NCBI GenBank assembly: GCA_034780895.1
Contig: JAUZTB010000069.1
Coordinates: 1,962,227 to 2,025,556 of the forward strand
DNA length: 63,330 nt
Source of the DNA: Rhynchobatus australiae
Taxonomy: Eukaryota
Direction: 5' to 3'
Position 1 is the first letter of the stretch, and the number at the start of each line of letters is the position of its first letter. Shown in pieces: positions 48,684 through 62,597 of the stretch. The position numbers were made by a program, and so were the translations under genes. The notes under the pieces are model-generated. The model worked only from the letters and a program-made list of their open reading frames with translations. It ran no database searches and was not told where the DNA came from.

Positions 48684-49649
48684 GTAAGCTGACAGGCAAA
48701 ATTGTTTATTTTAGACAAAAGCAAAAGGATTTTCAAATTCTGTGATATTTCCACCTCCGTCTGTATTAAAATTTTCCTTGGACCTTGTGTTTTCCTGCTC
48801 ACTACTTTGACTTCCTCCACTCAAGGATTAGAATCATGCTTTTCTGTCAACTTGGGATAGTTAGGCTGTGGACATTTATGGAGCAGCATTCTGACCACAT
48901 CAACAGTGGTTAGTAGAAATTTATGGTTCAAACTAGAAATGTGTACATCTCCAAGTTATCTATATCCAGAAATTGATTCCTGCCTGCCACCTTGCTAAAT
49001 CATCTTAAGCTCACACTTTCTGAGCAACTGCCTGTGGTATTTGGGCCTTGTGATACATCTCCCCTTCCTAAACCCCTCTGCTTATCTCTCCATCTTTTTG
49101 AAAACCTTAACCAATCAAAAACTTTGTTTTCTATTTAACATGTTAAAGGTAATATATAGCAGAATTTGACTGTCCCATGTGTCCTTGATTTTTCATTCAA
49201 GTTAACAAAATGCACAGAAGCCCTTCAACAAATTTTCACTGGACAGGGTCAAACAACTTTCTACTCTGCACAGTTCTCTCCTTTAAACAAAGTTCCAAAG
49301 ACCAGTAAATCCTGGTGTGCAGAACAGTATATTCCCGTGCAGTAATTTGAGCTGCATTTGCATTATTCAACAGGTAATGAAAAAATTAGATGGAAGTAAA
49401 GTGGAGACATCATCAAAAATTAAAGCTGGGAAAATTTTTGGATGTGGATAATTTAGGAAAGGGATTGCTAATTAATTTGACTGCCTTGGGCCATTTTTAT
49501 TCCCATTTAAAGCTGTTCCCTTCTTTGTGCTAGGTTTGTTTTGAAGGGGTTCCTGAATTGGAACCTTATTGTGCATCAATTCTTTTTGGCATTTGTCATC
49601 AAGATTTTAATGAATGTAAAACACAGGCTCCCAGGCCTTTGGTTGTGCC

Positions 49650-52600
49650 CTGTCTTTAATTGAGATCATGGCTGCTCAGAATTCTGAGTGAAGAAATTTC
49701 TCCTCGTATCTGTCCTAAATTTCTTAGCATTTATGCTGAAACTATTCTGCCCTGTGGTTCAAGACTTTTCAGCCAAGGGAAGCTTTCTGCATACAGCCTA
49801 TCAAGCCCTTAAGAATTTTGTAGGTTTCAATGAGATCTCTATTCTGAACTCCTGGTGTGGTACAAACCCAGTCCATTCAACACTTCATATGGCCCACCCA
49901 CCATTCCTGGCATGAATCTAGTGAACCTTTGTTGCTCTCCCTCCTGTACTAGGGTGTTAAACCTAAACAAACCAAGAAGGCAAGAGAAGAGTTGGCAAAG
50001 GTTGGATGGGTGAATGTGTTGGAAGGTATGGTGGTGCCCGTGCATTTTAAAGAAATGACGCTCAAGTTGCCAGAAATATTATTCCTTTAAGGTACAAAAA
50101 CCCAATGGGCAAGGTGATTCTTAAGGGGACCATAACTGTATACAACTGTCTACTGACCATAACTGTATATTGCTGTCCCTCCAGCACATTGTTGCTCCAG
50201 ATTCCAGCATCTACAATCTCTTGTGTCTTTCTTATTTTCAGGTCCTTTAGTAATAAAGGCTGGTACACCACTCACCCTATTAATTGCTTGCTTCATTTGT
50301 ATGTTGGACCTCAGTGACATGTGTGCAAGCACACTCAGGTCCCATTGAACAGCACTCCCCAATCTCTGACCATCTAACAAATACTCTACTTTCCTGCTTT
50401 GTGCACCAAAGAGAGAACTTCATATTTTCTACATTTATTCCATCTGCCGTCATCTTGTCCACTTTCCGCTTGTCTGTATCACCTTGATACAACTTCTTCT
50501 GCACTCAGTCCTGCCTAGTTTGACATCATAAGCAGAAGTGGCAAAATGACCTTTCATCCCCTTGGCCAGATTGTTGAATAGCTGGGATCTAAGCACCAGT
50601 CCCTGCAGTATCCCACTAGCTGCAGTCTGCCAACATAAAAATAATCCATGACTTCTCGCTCCTTGTTTTCTGTCTGNNNNNNNNNNNNNNNNNNNNNNNN
50701 NNNNNNNNNNNNNNNNNNNNNNNNNNNNNNNNNNNNNNNNNNNNNNNNNNNNNNNNNNNNNNNNNNNNNNNNNNNNGTCTGATACCCAGTTCTCAATCCA
50801 TTTTAGTATATTCAATGTGCTCTACTTTTGACCAACTTCCTGTGTGGGAGCTTATTAAACATCATCTGAAAATCCAGTGGCATCACATCCCCTGGTTCTC
50901 CCCCAATCTGTTCTACCAGGCACATCCCCATGATTTAATCAAACGTGAGTTGATTCTCCTGTCTTTGTCAGGGGTCCATAATTTTCCTTGTCTTTTTCTT
51001 TTTTTGTGTGTATATATAAAAAAATAACTCACCAGTACTCTCATACTCTTTTACCTTTTATCAGTTTTCTGATTTTTTTTTTCCCTATGAATTATAAAAT
51101 GCTCCCAACCTTCAGCCCTCCTGTTATTTCTGGCAACTCTATAAACCTATTTCCTTTGTTCTTTGGTTAATCTGCAGTAAACAAGAGAAATTATTTTTCC
51201 CGTTGGATTTTTTTGTACCTAAAAGGAATATACAGTAAAACTCCAATAATCTGGCACACTCTGGAAGTTAGTCACGCTGGACTTGCAGATTTTCTGGACT
51301 ACTGGATGTGGTTCCTATTAATACCACAACATGCTCATAATTCACTTTTTTAGATGTTGCAAGGCATTTGGTTTTTCCGTTGAATCAGGTGAGCTGAAAG
51401 GCAGTGCGGGAAACAATCTAGATTTAGTCAAATATACTCTCACATTCAGCTCTCCTCTCGTCTTCATAGTTTCCTTTGCAAAACCCGAGTTTTGCGTTGA
51501 GTTTGAAAGTGGTGGTGTTCATGGAATTTGACAATCTTATTAAAGTTGCTCTTCTGCAAAAGACCCTTGATGACAAATTAACAGCGAACCCTTTTCTCTT
51601 TCTCATTGCACAAAACAAGATTGAAAATCGCCTTTCCCCTGATTTGGTTTCTTAACATTAAATCAGCTCATCTTCCACCTTTTTCATTACAATGAATTTG
51701 ATTTGTCCAGTCTACATGCAGGTTAAAATCTCCTCCCGTGATTACTGCATTACCCACCTCTCGTGTCCCAGTTATGCCTTGCCCATTAATACCAATACTT
51801 ATTTAGTGGGCATTAACTAGCTCCCATCTGTTTACCTGCCCTTTACTGTTTCTTGCCATGACCCGCATTGATTCCAGTTCTACATCATGATCTGTCTTGC
51901 CACAACACTGACCTCTTTTGTTAATGGTGCTACACCACCCACAAAAGCCTGTGCTTCCTAAATGCTGAATACACTGGAATATCTGGTTCTCAGCACGGGT
52001 CAACCTGCAACCACTTTCATAATGGCATCTAGATCCAACCTGTTTACTTCCATTTGTGCCATTTAATTCATTTACCTTGTAACTGCTGCCAGTGTTCAGA
52101 CAAATTATCTTTCTAAAACTCTTTTTAAGGTCTTTCTGTAATTTTGATCCCCTTTGCTGCTTTGTTTTGGCTTCATCTATTTGACTACCATACTGCTAGG
52201 TTACTGCATTTCTAACCCTCTCATCCCACTCTGTTTCTCCTTCCCAAATTCCTTTTTTTTTGTTCCCATCTCCATGTTGAACAAGTTGAAGCCCTCCATC
52301 AGAGCACCAGCCATCCACACTGCCAGTTGTGACCCTGTTGTGCAGATCCCAGCTGCCTCAGAAATTCTTCCAACGCCTCTGAGATATAGAGTCCTTCCTC
52401 CACCACCGTCTCTTCATTTGCTCAGCCCCACTTCTATACTGACAACATGTAGTACTGCGAATAATCCTGAGGTTCAGAGGCGTGGCGACACTTGTGGTCT
52501 GCCCCCAGAACACTACGCAAAAGATGCATGTTACTGTGTTTCAGTGCACATGTGACTACTAAAGATAGCTTATCTTTTAACCTCTTTCCTAGCATGCTAA

Positions 52601-52750
52601 ACTCTATTCAAGATCTTATCCTTTTCCCTACCAATATGGACCGCAACCTCCTCGCTGTTCACCCTCATTCAGGATGTTCTGCTGTGTACTAAACCAAAAT
52701 CATCCACGTGCATTATATATTCCATCCTTGTGTATTAAGAGAACAATTTT
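49650..52750 (-). mobile_element. Old fragmented CR1-type LINE with an embedded Penelope-type tail (~50175-50230)
   Basis: ILKWIENW..DRKQ..SGILQGLVL; QQRFTRFMPGM on the minus strand. Confidence 0.6.
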
Positions 52751-53392
52751 AAAGTTCATTGCTTTTTCGATAGAAAATGTAAACCTAAGGGCAAAATTCA
52801 TTTTATAAAGTAGTTGTGCAAATTGGTAGCTCTTCCAGTTTCTCTCCAGAACATGAACTGTTTCTGGTTGTTAAATGACTTAATGTCTTACAATAGATTG
52901 GTTCTGTAGCTAACTGCGAGGGTGTTAAGCTCATTAGAAAATGGAATTAGGCCCTTTTGAATTGACATTTATTCTTAAGGTTATTTCATACTTGGCCAGA
53001 TTGTGTGTAGGAGGGACGGTAAGCAGCATGTTTTCAAATGGGCTTTAGGAAAACATGTACAATAGGCAGCTTAATCTTGACAATGGATGAACTTTGAAAT
53101 ACTGGAATGGGAATCACTGCAAGTACAGTTTCTGTGTTGTAAATAGAGCAATATAACTCTCTGAAATCTCCTGTTGCAAGAATTAAAGCAAGTGAAAAGA
53201 ATTTTTTTTATTTTCATCTGTCTAAGTCAATCTTAAATTTTTTCCTTTTATTTATCATTTGTATAAAGAACAATTAATATTTTTAATAGCCCTGTGGCTT
53301 TTAAATTTCATGGGATTTGTAAAAGATAGCAAATATTCTGTCTTTTTAAATATGTTCAGGAATCCAAGATTTTCTGCTTGTCTGTCTTGTAG

Positions 53393-53453
53393 GTATTACT
53401 GGAGATGCATCTTCTGCTTATGGAGACAGCACCTGTGTTGATTTCTCTCAAAG
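53393..53453 (+). CDS. CDK5RAP2: Small coding exon (G)ITGDASS...DFSQ
   Basis: TTGTAG acceptor, AG|GTAAAT donor; phase 1/2 bridges neighbouring exons. Confidence 0.75.
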
Positions 53454-53885
53454 GTAAATGTACAATGTAGATCTTTGAAAACACAATTTGGTGCTCTTTA
53501 TTCAGTTAACTGAAAACCAGTCTTAAATGTTATCTAGGTTAATCTGTATTGCTCACTTACCAGCAACCTCTATTTAACCAGGACTTAATTGTGCTGATCA
53601 ATAGTTATTTAAATTTTTCAAATGAGAATCTATTATAATTGAAATATCTATTGTTTTTGTCCTGGATGTTTGATTTTAATTTGTAATAGGCTGACTTAAA
53701 GATTTAATAGGATATAGTATTGTCATTTGCATATTGATGATTTGGCAAGTGTATCTGGCTTCACTACATAAGCAAATGCTATTTATAAAGAGATGTAATA
53801 CGTAAATCTCATTTTTGACATTGGATTGTGCAGGCCATCCCTTCACTGAGTGCGTGCACGTGCACATGAAGCCCAGAGGCAGCCT

Positions 53886-53899
53886 GCTCCCTCTGCTGG
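53886..53899 (-). promoter_or_regulatory. Candidate CTCF site
   Basis: CCAGCAGAGGGAGC on the minus strand, close to the CTCF core consensus. Confidence 0.5.
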
Positions 53900-56117
53900 T
53901 GGAATGCAGTCAGACAGTCATTCAATAAACTGTGAATGCTCTATTTACAATTTAAAGCTATCTACAAGAAAAAACATGTCATAGATAGCAAATTGTGAAC
54001 AATGCCATACTCATTAGTACCTTCAAATTTATGATTTTTTATGAATCACTTTTTTAACATTTTGATGAAATAGGAACTAAATCACACTCTGAACTGATTA
54101 CAGTATTAGCAAAAGCACCCAGTATATTGTTTCCATAGAGTCTCTCTATCCACTTTCATTGTACCACATATGACAGATGTTTCTTAGCAGTAAACTTACC
54201 TCACTTGGGATGGGAAAAGCTATGGGCAAGAACATCACATAATTTTGGAGACACCTTGCATGCTTCACCAAAGGACGCTACCACGCATCCCCCAATTTGT
54301 TTTTCAGGATATGTTGCTACTGATTGATTAATTGAATTTGAATCCCTCTGCTCCTTTGGAAGTCAAGCCCATGTCCCAGGAACAATTGCCCAGTAATTTA
54401 AGTTTGGAATAAAAATCTAGTGTCAATAACGATGAGTATAAGAAAGAGCACCAGATTTTCTTTTTAAATAAGCACCCAGTTTGCATTTTTGGAAGGGTAT
54501 CTGCTGTCTTTACTCAGGCTGGACTATATGTGACTTCAGACCCATGAATGTGCTTGATTGTCCTCTGAAGTAGCCTGGAAAACTGCTTGTTTGGTGGAAA
54601 TTTAGTATATTCATTGAAACAATTTCCATGTTTCGAGGAAGAAGAAAATCCAGTTGTAATAACTAAACTGGTTTGACTGCATTATATAACATTATAAAAA
54701 TCTCTTGTGTATCTACTTCACATACAAGCTTTAGAAGTGGTACTGTGATTAACAATCATCCCACACATTAACTTCTTTAGACTGCAGCAAGTAACATTTT
54801 CAATCACTTCAGTCACCACTATAGAAGGAGTGGAATATGGGTAATACAACCTGTGACACTTACAGTTCTCAGTATAGTTAATGCTGTAATTTTTATATAA
54901 ATAAAATCTCAGGTATGTGATAAAAGAGGAAAAAAACCTAGCTTCTGCAGATGTGAAATTCTGGCTGCCCAGCTGAATATTGATGAATGAAGTCGAGGTT
55001 TGAGTCACAACTGAGATATTTATTGAGAGAGATGTAAACAGTGGATTCTAATGAAACTGAGAATTTAGTGATTAATTTCAATTGCACAGATGTAAATAAT
55101 CAGTATAGTGTGTCAAATGGAGGATCCAGTGAAAGATCTTGCTGTAGTGTCATCTTGTCTATTGAGATCACTCTTGTCTTGGGATCAAATTAATGCAGAT
55201 TCAAATCATGCTGGAGTATGTAATCTAGGTTTAAGGGGCACCTCCTTGTGCCTGAGGCATTATATTGTTCAGTTTGTCTTAACGTACCCCAGACACTATT
55301 TGGGAAACGAGAATGTTCTCCCTTGGCTAAAGCTTAGCCGTTGACAGACCTTGGCTGTCAAATTGTTTAAAAATGCATTGACGGACAGGTGAAAGTAATG
55401 TTATGTACATTTAGTTAAACTCTATCTTTGCACAGATTTGTGGTTAAATTAAACTCATGAGAGAAAAATGTTAATATATTTTCATAGTAAAATGTAGGAG
55501 TAATTTTTAAAAGTGACGTTGGTGTTAGTGGATGAAGCTCTTCCGGCAAGTGTGATTAACTGGAATAGCCTGTTAAAACCAAGAGCTGCATTCTAATCCT
55601 AATGCATTTATTAATCTCATGCCACTGCCTTTACGATAACACAGATTGGCTACTGAACAGTGGCTATCCACAAAGCAGTACACATTTATTTTATTCTCCA
55701 TTCATTGGTGCACTGAAGAATGTATGAAGAAAAGCAAAATAGTCTGATTTGTATATAAGTAGTTCATCAATTTTGACAAGAAAATAGAGATTGGATGATG
55801 TACAGAGAAGCAGCTTGATGTGTTCTGTTAATCTTTTGAAAATTACTGCCACTGCTAGTGCTGTTCTATAAAAACTTATTCACTCTGTCTGAAATAAATC
55901 CAAAAATGAGCTGGTTTATTTTGTGAGAGGAATGTTTTCCTCTGCTGTGACAGCTGTAGGAACAGCACCTGGTCACTCTTGCACAATGCCTGCATGTGTG
56001 CATTGCACGCTCCAAGATCAGGTTTATGGCTTCTTGCATGTAGTTGATGCAAATAAGCATGCTGTCCAAACTTAGCCCCTTCTACCGAGAGTCTCTCTTC
56101 TCCTTCTCTCTGGCCAG

Positions 56118-56255
56118 TCCTCGCAGCCTGCAGTGCGAGATTCTCTACCTTCGAAAGCAGCTAGAAAGTGAGCGCAAGCACCTACACAAGCGGCTGAATG
56201 AGCTTCTACGTGAGAATCAAGCCTTGTCACAGGCAACTAAAGAACAACTTGCGCA
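56118..56255 (+). CDS. CDK5RAP2: Symmetric (phase 2/2) cassette or alternative-first exon PRSLQCEILYLRKQLESER...EQLA
   Basis: Pyrimidine tract + CCAG acceptor (alternative acceptor after 56126), CA|GTAAGT donor; coiled-coil peptide. Confidence 0.7.
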
Positions 56256-57023
56256 GTAAGTTTCCACTCTTTAATGTTGGCTAAGGTAGATAGCTTTCAG
56301 TGTTTTATTAAACCATTTCATTAGACACCAACATCTTTATCAGAAAGTTGCTGCTGAATATCCTTGGAGGTTATTTATGGACCTGGAGATTGTGGAGTAT
56401 CATAAACTCTGTTTTAAACTTCAGTCCAAGCTCTGTTGTTGCATTTATATAGATTAGGTCTCCACTAGTTTAGTAGGTTAGTGACTTGCAGGCTTAACTA
56501 TTGGAGAAGTTGACCATAAGAGTTGAAAGGTTTAATCTAAGTTTCAAGTGATATTCAAACTCATTGAATTCACGTTTAATTTGAAGGTGAGACTGTAACA
56601 AATTGGGCATTAGCACTGGCAGCCTGGAGAAAGATGCACATTGCCATGAGCTGTTTTGGGGTTATTTCCCTGGTGACTGCTCTACTGAGGAAGCCTTTTT
56701 GCCGTTAAATACTGTGGAGACACTGATCCACGGGTAGCTGTGGATTGGACAAATTATACAGTTTGAAGTTTGGGAGGCTAAGACCTCGAGCAGCCTTGTA
56801 CAAAGGAAGTCTACTCACCAACTTCCCAGAGCAGTGTTACTTTGAAAGTGAATGAGATCATAGCAGTGAATGTTCTTTTGTAGCATTTGGCAATGGTCAG
56901 TTGGGCTTTTCAGGATTAGGGATTGCTACAGCCCTGTAAATTGTTGTTTCCCAACACTTATTATGCTTTGTAAATTGCAGCAATAAAAATATACAAAATA
57001 GTTAACTAATTTTCCTTCTGCAG

Positions 57024-57253
57024 ACTTGCAAAAGAAGTGCAGGAGAAGAATAAAACAATCCAGTACCTGCAGCAACAGCTGCATGTGCCATCCATCAGTC
57101 AAGTCGCTTCAGACTCTGAAGTATCGGATAGAATCTCCATTAGTTCACATGAAAGTCATTCAACACCTGAGCCACCAGTTGGTAAAAACTCAAGAAAGAA
57201 CCGCAGCAGTAGAGAGCAAAGCTTTCAACAGAAACTGAACCACGAGCCCTCAG
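57024..57253 (+). CDS. CDK5RAP2: Coding exon LAKEVQEKNKTI...HEPS
   Basis: CTGCAG acceptor, G|GTAGGT donor; phase 2/1. Confidence 0.87.
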
Positions 57254-57489
57254 GTAGGTTAGATTCTTGCTAAGAATTATGTTTTTGACGCAATGTGCTG
57301 TTGAGCAATATTTTGGGTGAAATTTCACACCATTTCTTAATACTTTTATATGGCCCTGGAACACCTTAAAGCCTGATCAATAAAAGTAACCTCTGTGGTA
57401 TGGTCACTGTTGTGATTCAGGAAAGTGGTGGCCAGTTAGTGCACAGCAAGCTCCCACAACCACAACAATGTAATTGGTCACTTAGAGTG

Positions 57490-57830
57490 ATAGGGACGTG
57501 CAGCATGGAAAAGGGCGATTCAGCTCACCACGTCGGCATCAACCAGTGGGCACCCATCTGCACTAATCCCNNNNNNNNNNNNNNNNNNNNNNNNNNNNNN
57601 NNNNNNNNNNNNNNNNNNNNNNNNNCAGAGACTTCTTGAATGCAGCCAGCTTCAACCATGCTCTGGGAGTGCATTCCTGGTACTTGCCGCTCTGGTTGAA
57701 AAGGGTCCCCTTCGGGTTCCCTCTAAATCTCTCATCCTGTGACCTCTTGTTTTGTCTACCTCTGATGTGTGAACAAGTTTCCTGCCGTCTACCCCATCGA
57801 TGCTCATAATTTTATATCCCTCAATTGATT
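57490..57830 (-). mobile_element. CR1-type LINE 3' fragment (gapped)
   Basis: Inverted tail plus GTGCATTCC (reverse of WNAL). Confidence 0.5.
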
Positions 57831-59753
57831 TTTTCCAGAGTGCCGCTGGTTGAGGAATGTCTCGAGCACTGTGCTGCTGCTTCAGTCATAAATAAAAACA
57901 TTTTGTCTGTATTCGCTTCAACAGAACTTTCCAGTTTTAAAAATCCCCATCTTGGAGATCTTTGCTGGGTTTTTTTTGCACCCTTCTGATTCCCATGTAA
58001 CCTTGCTTAAAATTAAAAATGGAAGAATTCTAAAGGAATAGTTCACTTGAAATAGTGCCTTTGATACATCATAGCACTTGAAGTGACGTGGGGAGGACTG
58101 AGTTCCCCGCGTTGGGGTTGTGTTGGGTGGGGGGGGTAAAGCTCAGACTTGTTGCTTGTCCTTGGGAAGGAAACCTTGGAGTCAAAGTTACTCTGGCTGT
58201 TCATTGGAGCAGAATTGCCAGGGCCTTGCATCTGTCATCTGCTTGAAGGCCCATGTGATCTGAAAGGGAAAACTAAACCTGATGTCAATTAAAGGCGAAT
58301 GAGGTTTGACAATTTTATACTGACTGAAACAATGCAGATTAAATGCTGTCCAATGTTACTTTCATTTCCCTTCCTACAAAGGAGGTGCTGAGATGTGGTG
58401 GGCAATGCATATTCCGGTTTCTGATTGAAACCAAACTAAATATTAAGAAGAAATACATAAATATTGAAAATGCAACTGTCTTTATTTGACAGCAGCAAGA
58501 ATACTACAGGAAGAACCAATGCAATCAGGATATCTATTACGTGTTCTCTTCCATTTTGGTTTGTACAGATAGATGCTCAAGGCAGGCTTTATAAACTTGG
58601 CAGTAGTGTGGGCGTTTTTTAAATAAACTTAAGGCATAGCTTCCGATGGAAAATATTTCTGTTCTCTGACATTAGTAAAGTAACAAGGTTTATAATTCTG
58701 AAAATCTGTAGTAAGCGTTTACACAGCGAGTGCTGTCTTTTTTCCATCATGGTTTGAGGCTACATAATTTATTGTCATTTAATCTCGTAAAGCATTAGTG
58801 TTCAAATGGGAACAAAAGACAATGATTGAAATTCTTTAGTAAAGACATGAGAAAGTCTGACGGACTACAATGCTTATGGATGTGTCACTTGATTTGTTTC
58901 ACAAAGTAAAATGCAAGTGGCAACTATTTTTTTTGAAGCTAAATTATTTCCTAGAACTTTAAACAGACCAAATTCCTTTAAACTAAATTAATTGTTTCTT
59001 GTTTCCAAGTGCAAACTTAGCCACATGTATAGTTATGGAATGGGAATCCATGAGAAGAAAATTAATTGTGGAGAAGTAAAGCCATTTAGAATTGTGCATT
59101 GTGATGTGTGTGTGGAGGAGTACTAAGCAGCATTGGGAAGGTACAGGTGATGTGCACTGATCAGGAAAGTTCTGCAACAGCTGAGTTATCTTTTTACTGT
59201 TGAATTTTTGTTAGCAATTAAGCCTTTGTATGAAATCCGCATTTTTCAATGTAATGTTTTGTAAAAAAAGTCAGTTGTCACGTGCAAGTATCATTGTAAG
59301 TATGAATGTACATTTCTAAGAACTCTGTAAATTTGTTGACTCACTTTAACGCAGCCAAAGTGATATTCCCCCGGGCATTGCCTTTGTGCTCTCAGAATTC
59401 CTAATTGCACTGTAATCTTTGGTGAAAGAACCTTGTCTTTTAATTCCAAAACAGACATTTCAAAATGATTTTGGAATATTGTCCTACTCGATCCATAGAG
59501 TTGCCCTCTGAGAATTCAGTTCGGAATGCTACACCATAGCTTAATGGCAATACTGTTGGGGAAGGTTAAAGCTGGCCCACTACTGAATACAAGTGTGTGG
59601 TTACAGTTAGAGCATTAGCATTGGTTACTTTGCCTCTGCATTAGTTTGAGGTGTAGTCTCTGGACCCAGTATATATTTTAAAACTATTATAGAATTTGTT
59701 GAGGCTTGAAGACCTTTTTTAATGTACCTTATCCTATTACCAAATTTCTCTAG

Positions 59754-59864
59754 GTGGTCTCCCAGCAACTAATTCGGACACAAGCCTGCAGAGTGATCCA
59801 CATAACAAAGAGAGACTGAGGCCTGGGCTTGGTGTTCCTTCATGTGAAACAACACAACCTCTGG
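59754..59864 (+). CDS. CDK5RAP2: Coding exon (G)GLPATNS...TQPL
   Basis: TCTAG acceptor, G|GTTAGT donor; 111 nt, phase 1/1. Confidence 0.65.
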
Positions 59865-60211
59865 GTTAGTAAATATTTTAAATATCCTGCATATATTAAA
59901 ACCTTGGTATCAAGAATGTTTACAACATTCTAATATTGACTAAGCTACTCTTTTTTTTTCAGTTTAAAAATTTGGAATATAAGTTTCAAATTCCCTTTCC
60001 ACTCAGTACCTGACCCATTGAGAAAAGAGCAAGTATTTTCTTTCTGACCATGAGCAGACTCGTGCAACCATTAGCTGCTTTAAGCTGATGGATGAACTGT
60101 GGGTGTCATTACGTACTGTGGGTTTTTTTTAGTTTTGCTTTAAGTTCAAAATTCTAAATGTCCTAAAATATATCTCTGGCACATATGATCACTTTTCTTT
60201 TTGCTTTACAG

Positions 60212-60532
60212 CAGACAATGTGAAAGAAACCTCAGGATCTCAAGTGACACCCACTAGTGATTGGCCACTTGGCTATGCCAATGCTCAAGCATTGTATGAG
60301 CTTGAGAGGGAGAATTCTGCACTACGAGAACAACTGATGAACAAGGAAGAGTTGAATGAGACTCTACGCACAGAGCTCAACTTGCATCGCTCCATTTTGA
60401 CACAGAGACAGCAGAATGCTGATAACCATGCTGCCTTTTCCCCCATTCAGAGCAGTCACACCTTAACAGCAGACAAGCAAACTGCAGCTTCCACAGAGCC
60501 AAAACATGATCCTGGCCTGCACGGTGCAGGAG
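60212..60532 (+). CDS. CDK5RAP2: Coding exon (A)DNVKE...EELNETLRTELNLHRSIL...GAG
   Basis: CAGCAG (NAGNAG) acceptor, G|GTAAGA donor; phase 1/1. Confidence 0.85.
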
Positions 60533-61429
60533 GTAAGATTTAACTTTTATTTATTGTCTTTATTATTTGGGAGAGGGAGGGTGAAAAGATTTGAAAGAAC
60601 TGATGGTTTGAGAAGGTTCTTGGACAGAAGGTTTGGTGAGCAAGTTAAAAGTTTGAGCAAGAGCTTTACAGCATTTACCACCAGTGAAGCATGTGTACAG
60701 AGGTCAGAATCCAAAGAGTGGAGTGTTCAGGCCAGGAACAAAGGGCTGTAGAAAATCGGGATTGATGTTTAAATCTAGTGCACTGAGGAATGGTGAACCT
60801 TTGCAGATCAAGGAGGTAGGAGCAATAGCCGCACAGGAATTAGTGGAGGACTGAGGACTTTGGATGTTTGGGCAAAGTGTTGTGTGCATAGAGCTGGATG
60901 ATAATGAATAGATGAGTGGAATAACATGTTATGGACACTCCAAAGTGTGGCACCTACACTGCACGTAAATGTATGTTTCATAAATGTCTGAGATACTCAA
61001 ATTATTCTCAAACAAAATATATTTAAATAAGAGTGCAATAAGTCAGGTTTGAGAAAATGTTCCCCTCAACTCCCGTACCATTCCCACATAATTAACTGCA
61101 ATCAACAGGCACTAATCTGTTTTCACTCACAACTTGCAGTAAGGAGGGTTTACAAGACAATAATGCATTGCAGGAAGGAAGCAGTGGTCTTTGGAGCTGT
61201 GAAACTGGATGTTGGATACAATTACTCCTCAGTTATGTCTTTGGCTTAAATGAAATTATGAGAAAGTTTAGACAGTTATAGTGTGTGCATATGTGACATT
61301 AAAATCTTTGTTATGCAACGGCTAGAGTACCATTAATGGTTTATTTGCTGATATTGCTTTGATTATGATTGGAAAGATGAAATGAGTTGGCCTACGTACC
61401 TGCGGGGCTGATTAATTATTCCAACACGG

Positions 61430-61750
61430 AATGGCCATTCAGCCAATCAGGTCCATGCTGGCTTCAAGCAGAGCAATCCCCCAAGTCCCGTTCACCTCAC
61501 ATTTTCTCTGTAGACCTGCAACTTATTCTTTCTCATGTACTCACCTACTTGCACTAAGGGATAATCTACTGCCATCACTTAACCCACCAGCAAGTCTTTG
61601 CTCCGATTCTTGGGTGTGGGGGCGGGGGAAACCCACCCACTCAGAGGGAGAACACACAACTCGACAGGGACAGCACCTGTAGCATAGAGGCCAGGATAGA
61701 ACCCTGTTCTTTGGAGCTGTGAGGCAGCAGCACTAACCACTGCTGCTATG
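61430..61750 (-). mobile_element. HE1-like SINE
   Basis: Reverse of tRNA-like head GGAGCTGTGAGGCAGCAGCACTAACCACTG. Confidence 0.55.
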
Positions 61751-61890
61751 CTTGCCTTGATGGGTTCCAACTGTGTTATGAAATGCTCCACGATGGAAAG
61801 GATCTGTTCTGTTGGTGTTCTCCTGAAGTATTGTAATTTTCCCCATTGGTTTTGGTGGAGGACACTAATTCCCATCATCTTGGTGCTTAG

Positions 61891-62013
61891 ACTTGGCAGG
61901 CCACCTACTTGAAATTCGGAGTTTAAGGCAGCGTTTAGAAGAATCTATTAGAAATAACGATAGATTAAGACAGCAACTGGAAAGTCGACTAGCTGCAGCT
62001 GAAAATGATCCAG
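61891..62013 (+). CDS. CDK5RAP2: Coding exon (D)LAGHLLEIRSLRQRLEESIRNNDRLRQQLE
   Basis: TTAG acceptor, G|GTGAGC donor; family motif EIRxLRxRLEESI. Confidence 0.9.
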
Positions 62014-62597
62014 GTGAGCCACATAATTTAACACTCACCAACCAGGGCTCCTTAACTTTCATCCAGACTTGAAAGTGTTTTCAGTGGTCAAGTAACCCTA
62101 ATTCCAAAGCTGGTCAAAAACATCAGCCTTTCCAGCTCTGGCAAACTGCATGAATCCTGTGAGATGAATTCCAACATCTTGACTTAGTTTGTAGCACAAA
62201 ACTTCCCTGCACCTCGGCAGGCACTGGGACTCACCCAGCAGCCCGAGTGCCACACGTGTGGATGCAGTTTCACAATTCTGACAATTTGTCGTTGGAGCCC
62301 ATTTAAGGAGTAATATTCCATTTTTTTTCTTAACCCAGAATAAGTGCAGACATGAATGAAGATAAAAAGCTTTCAGTTGTTTATTTGTGTTGCTGGCAAG
62401 GCCAACATTCATCACCATTGAGAGTTTTCTTGAACCACCGTGGTCCAGGTTCGGGTGCTCCCACAGTGCTGTTGACGGGGAGCACCCGGACTTGGGCCCA
62501 GTGACAGCGAGTAAACGCTGATGTCAAGTCAGGATGGTGTGACAGAGGGAAAGCTTCAGGTGGGAGTTCTAATAAAATGTAACTCTGCATCCTCCAG

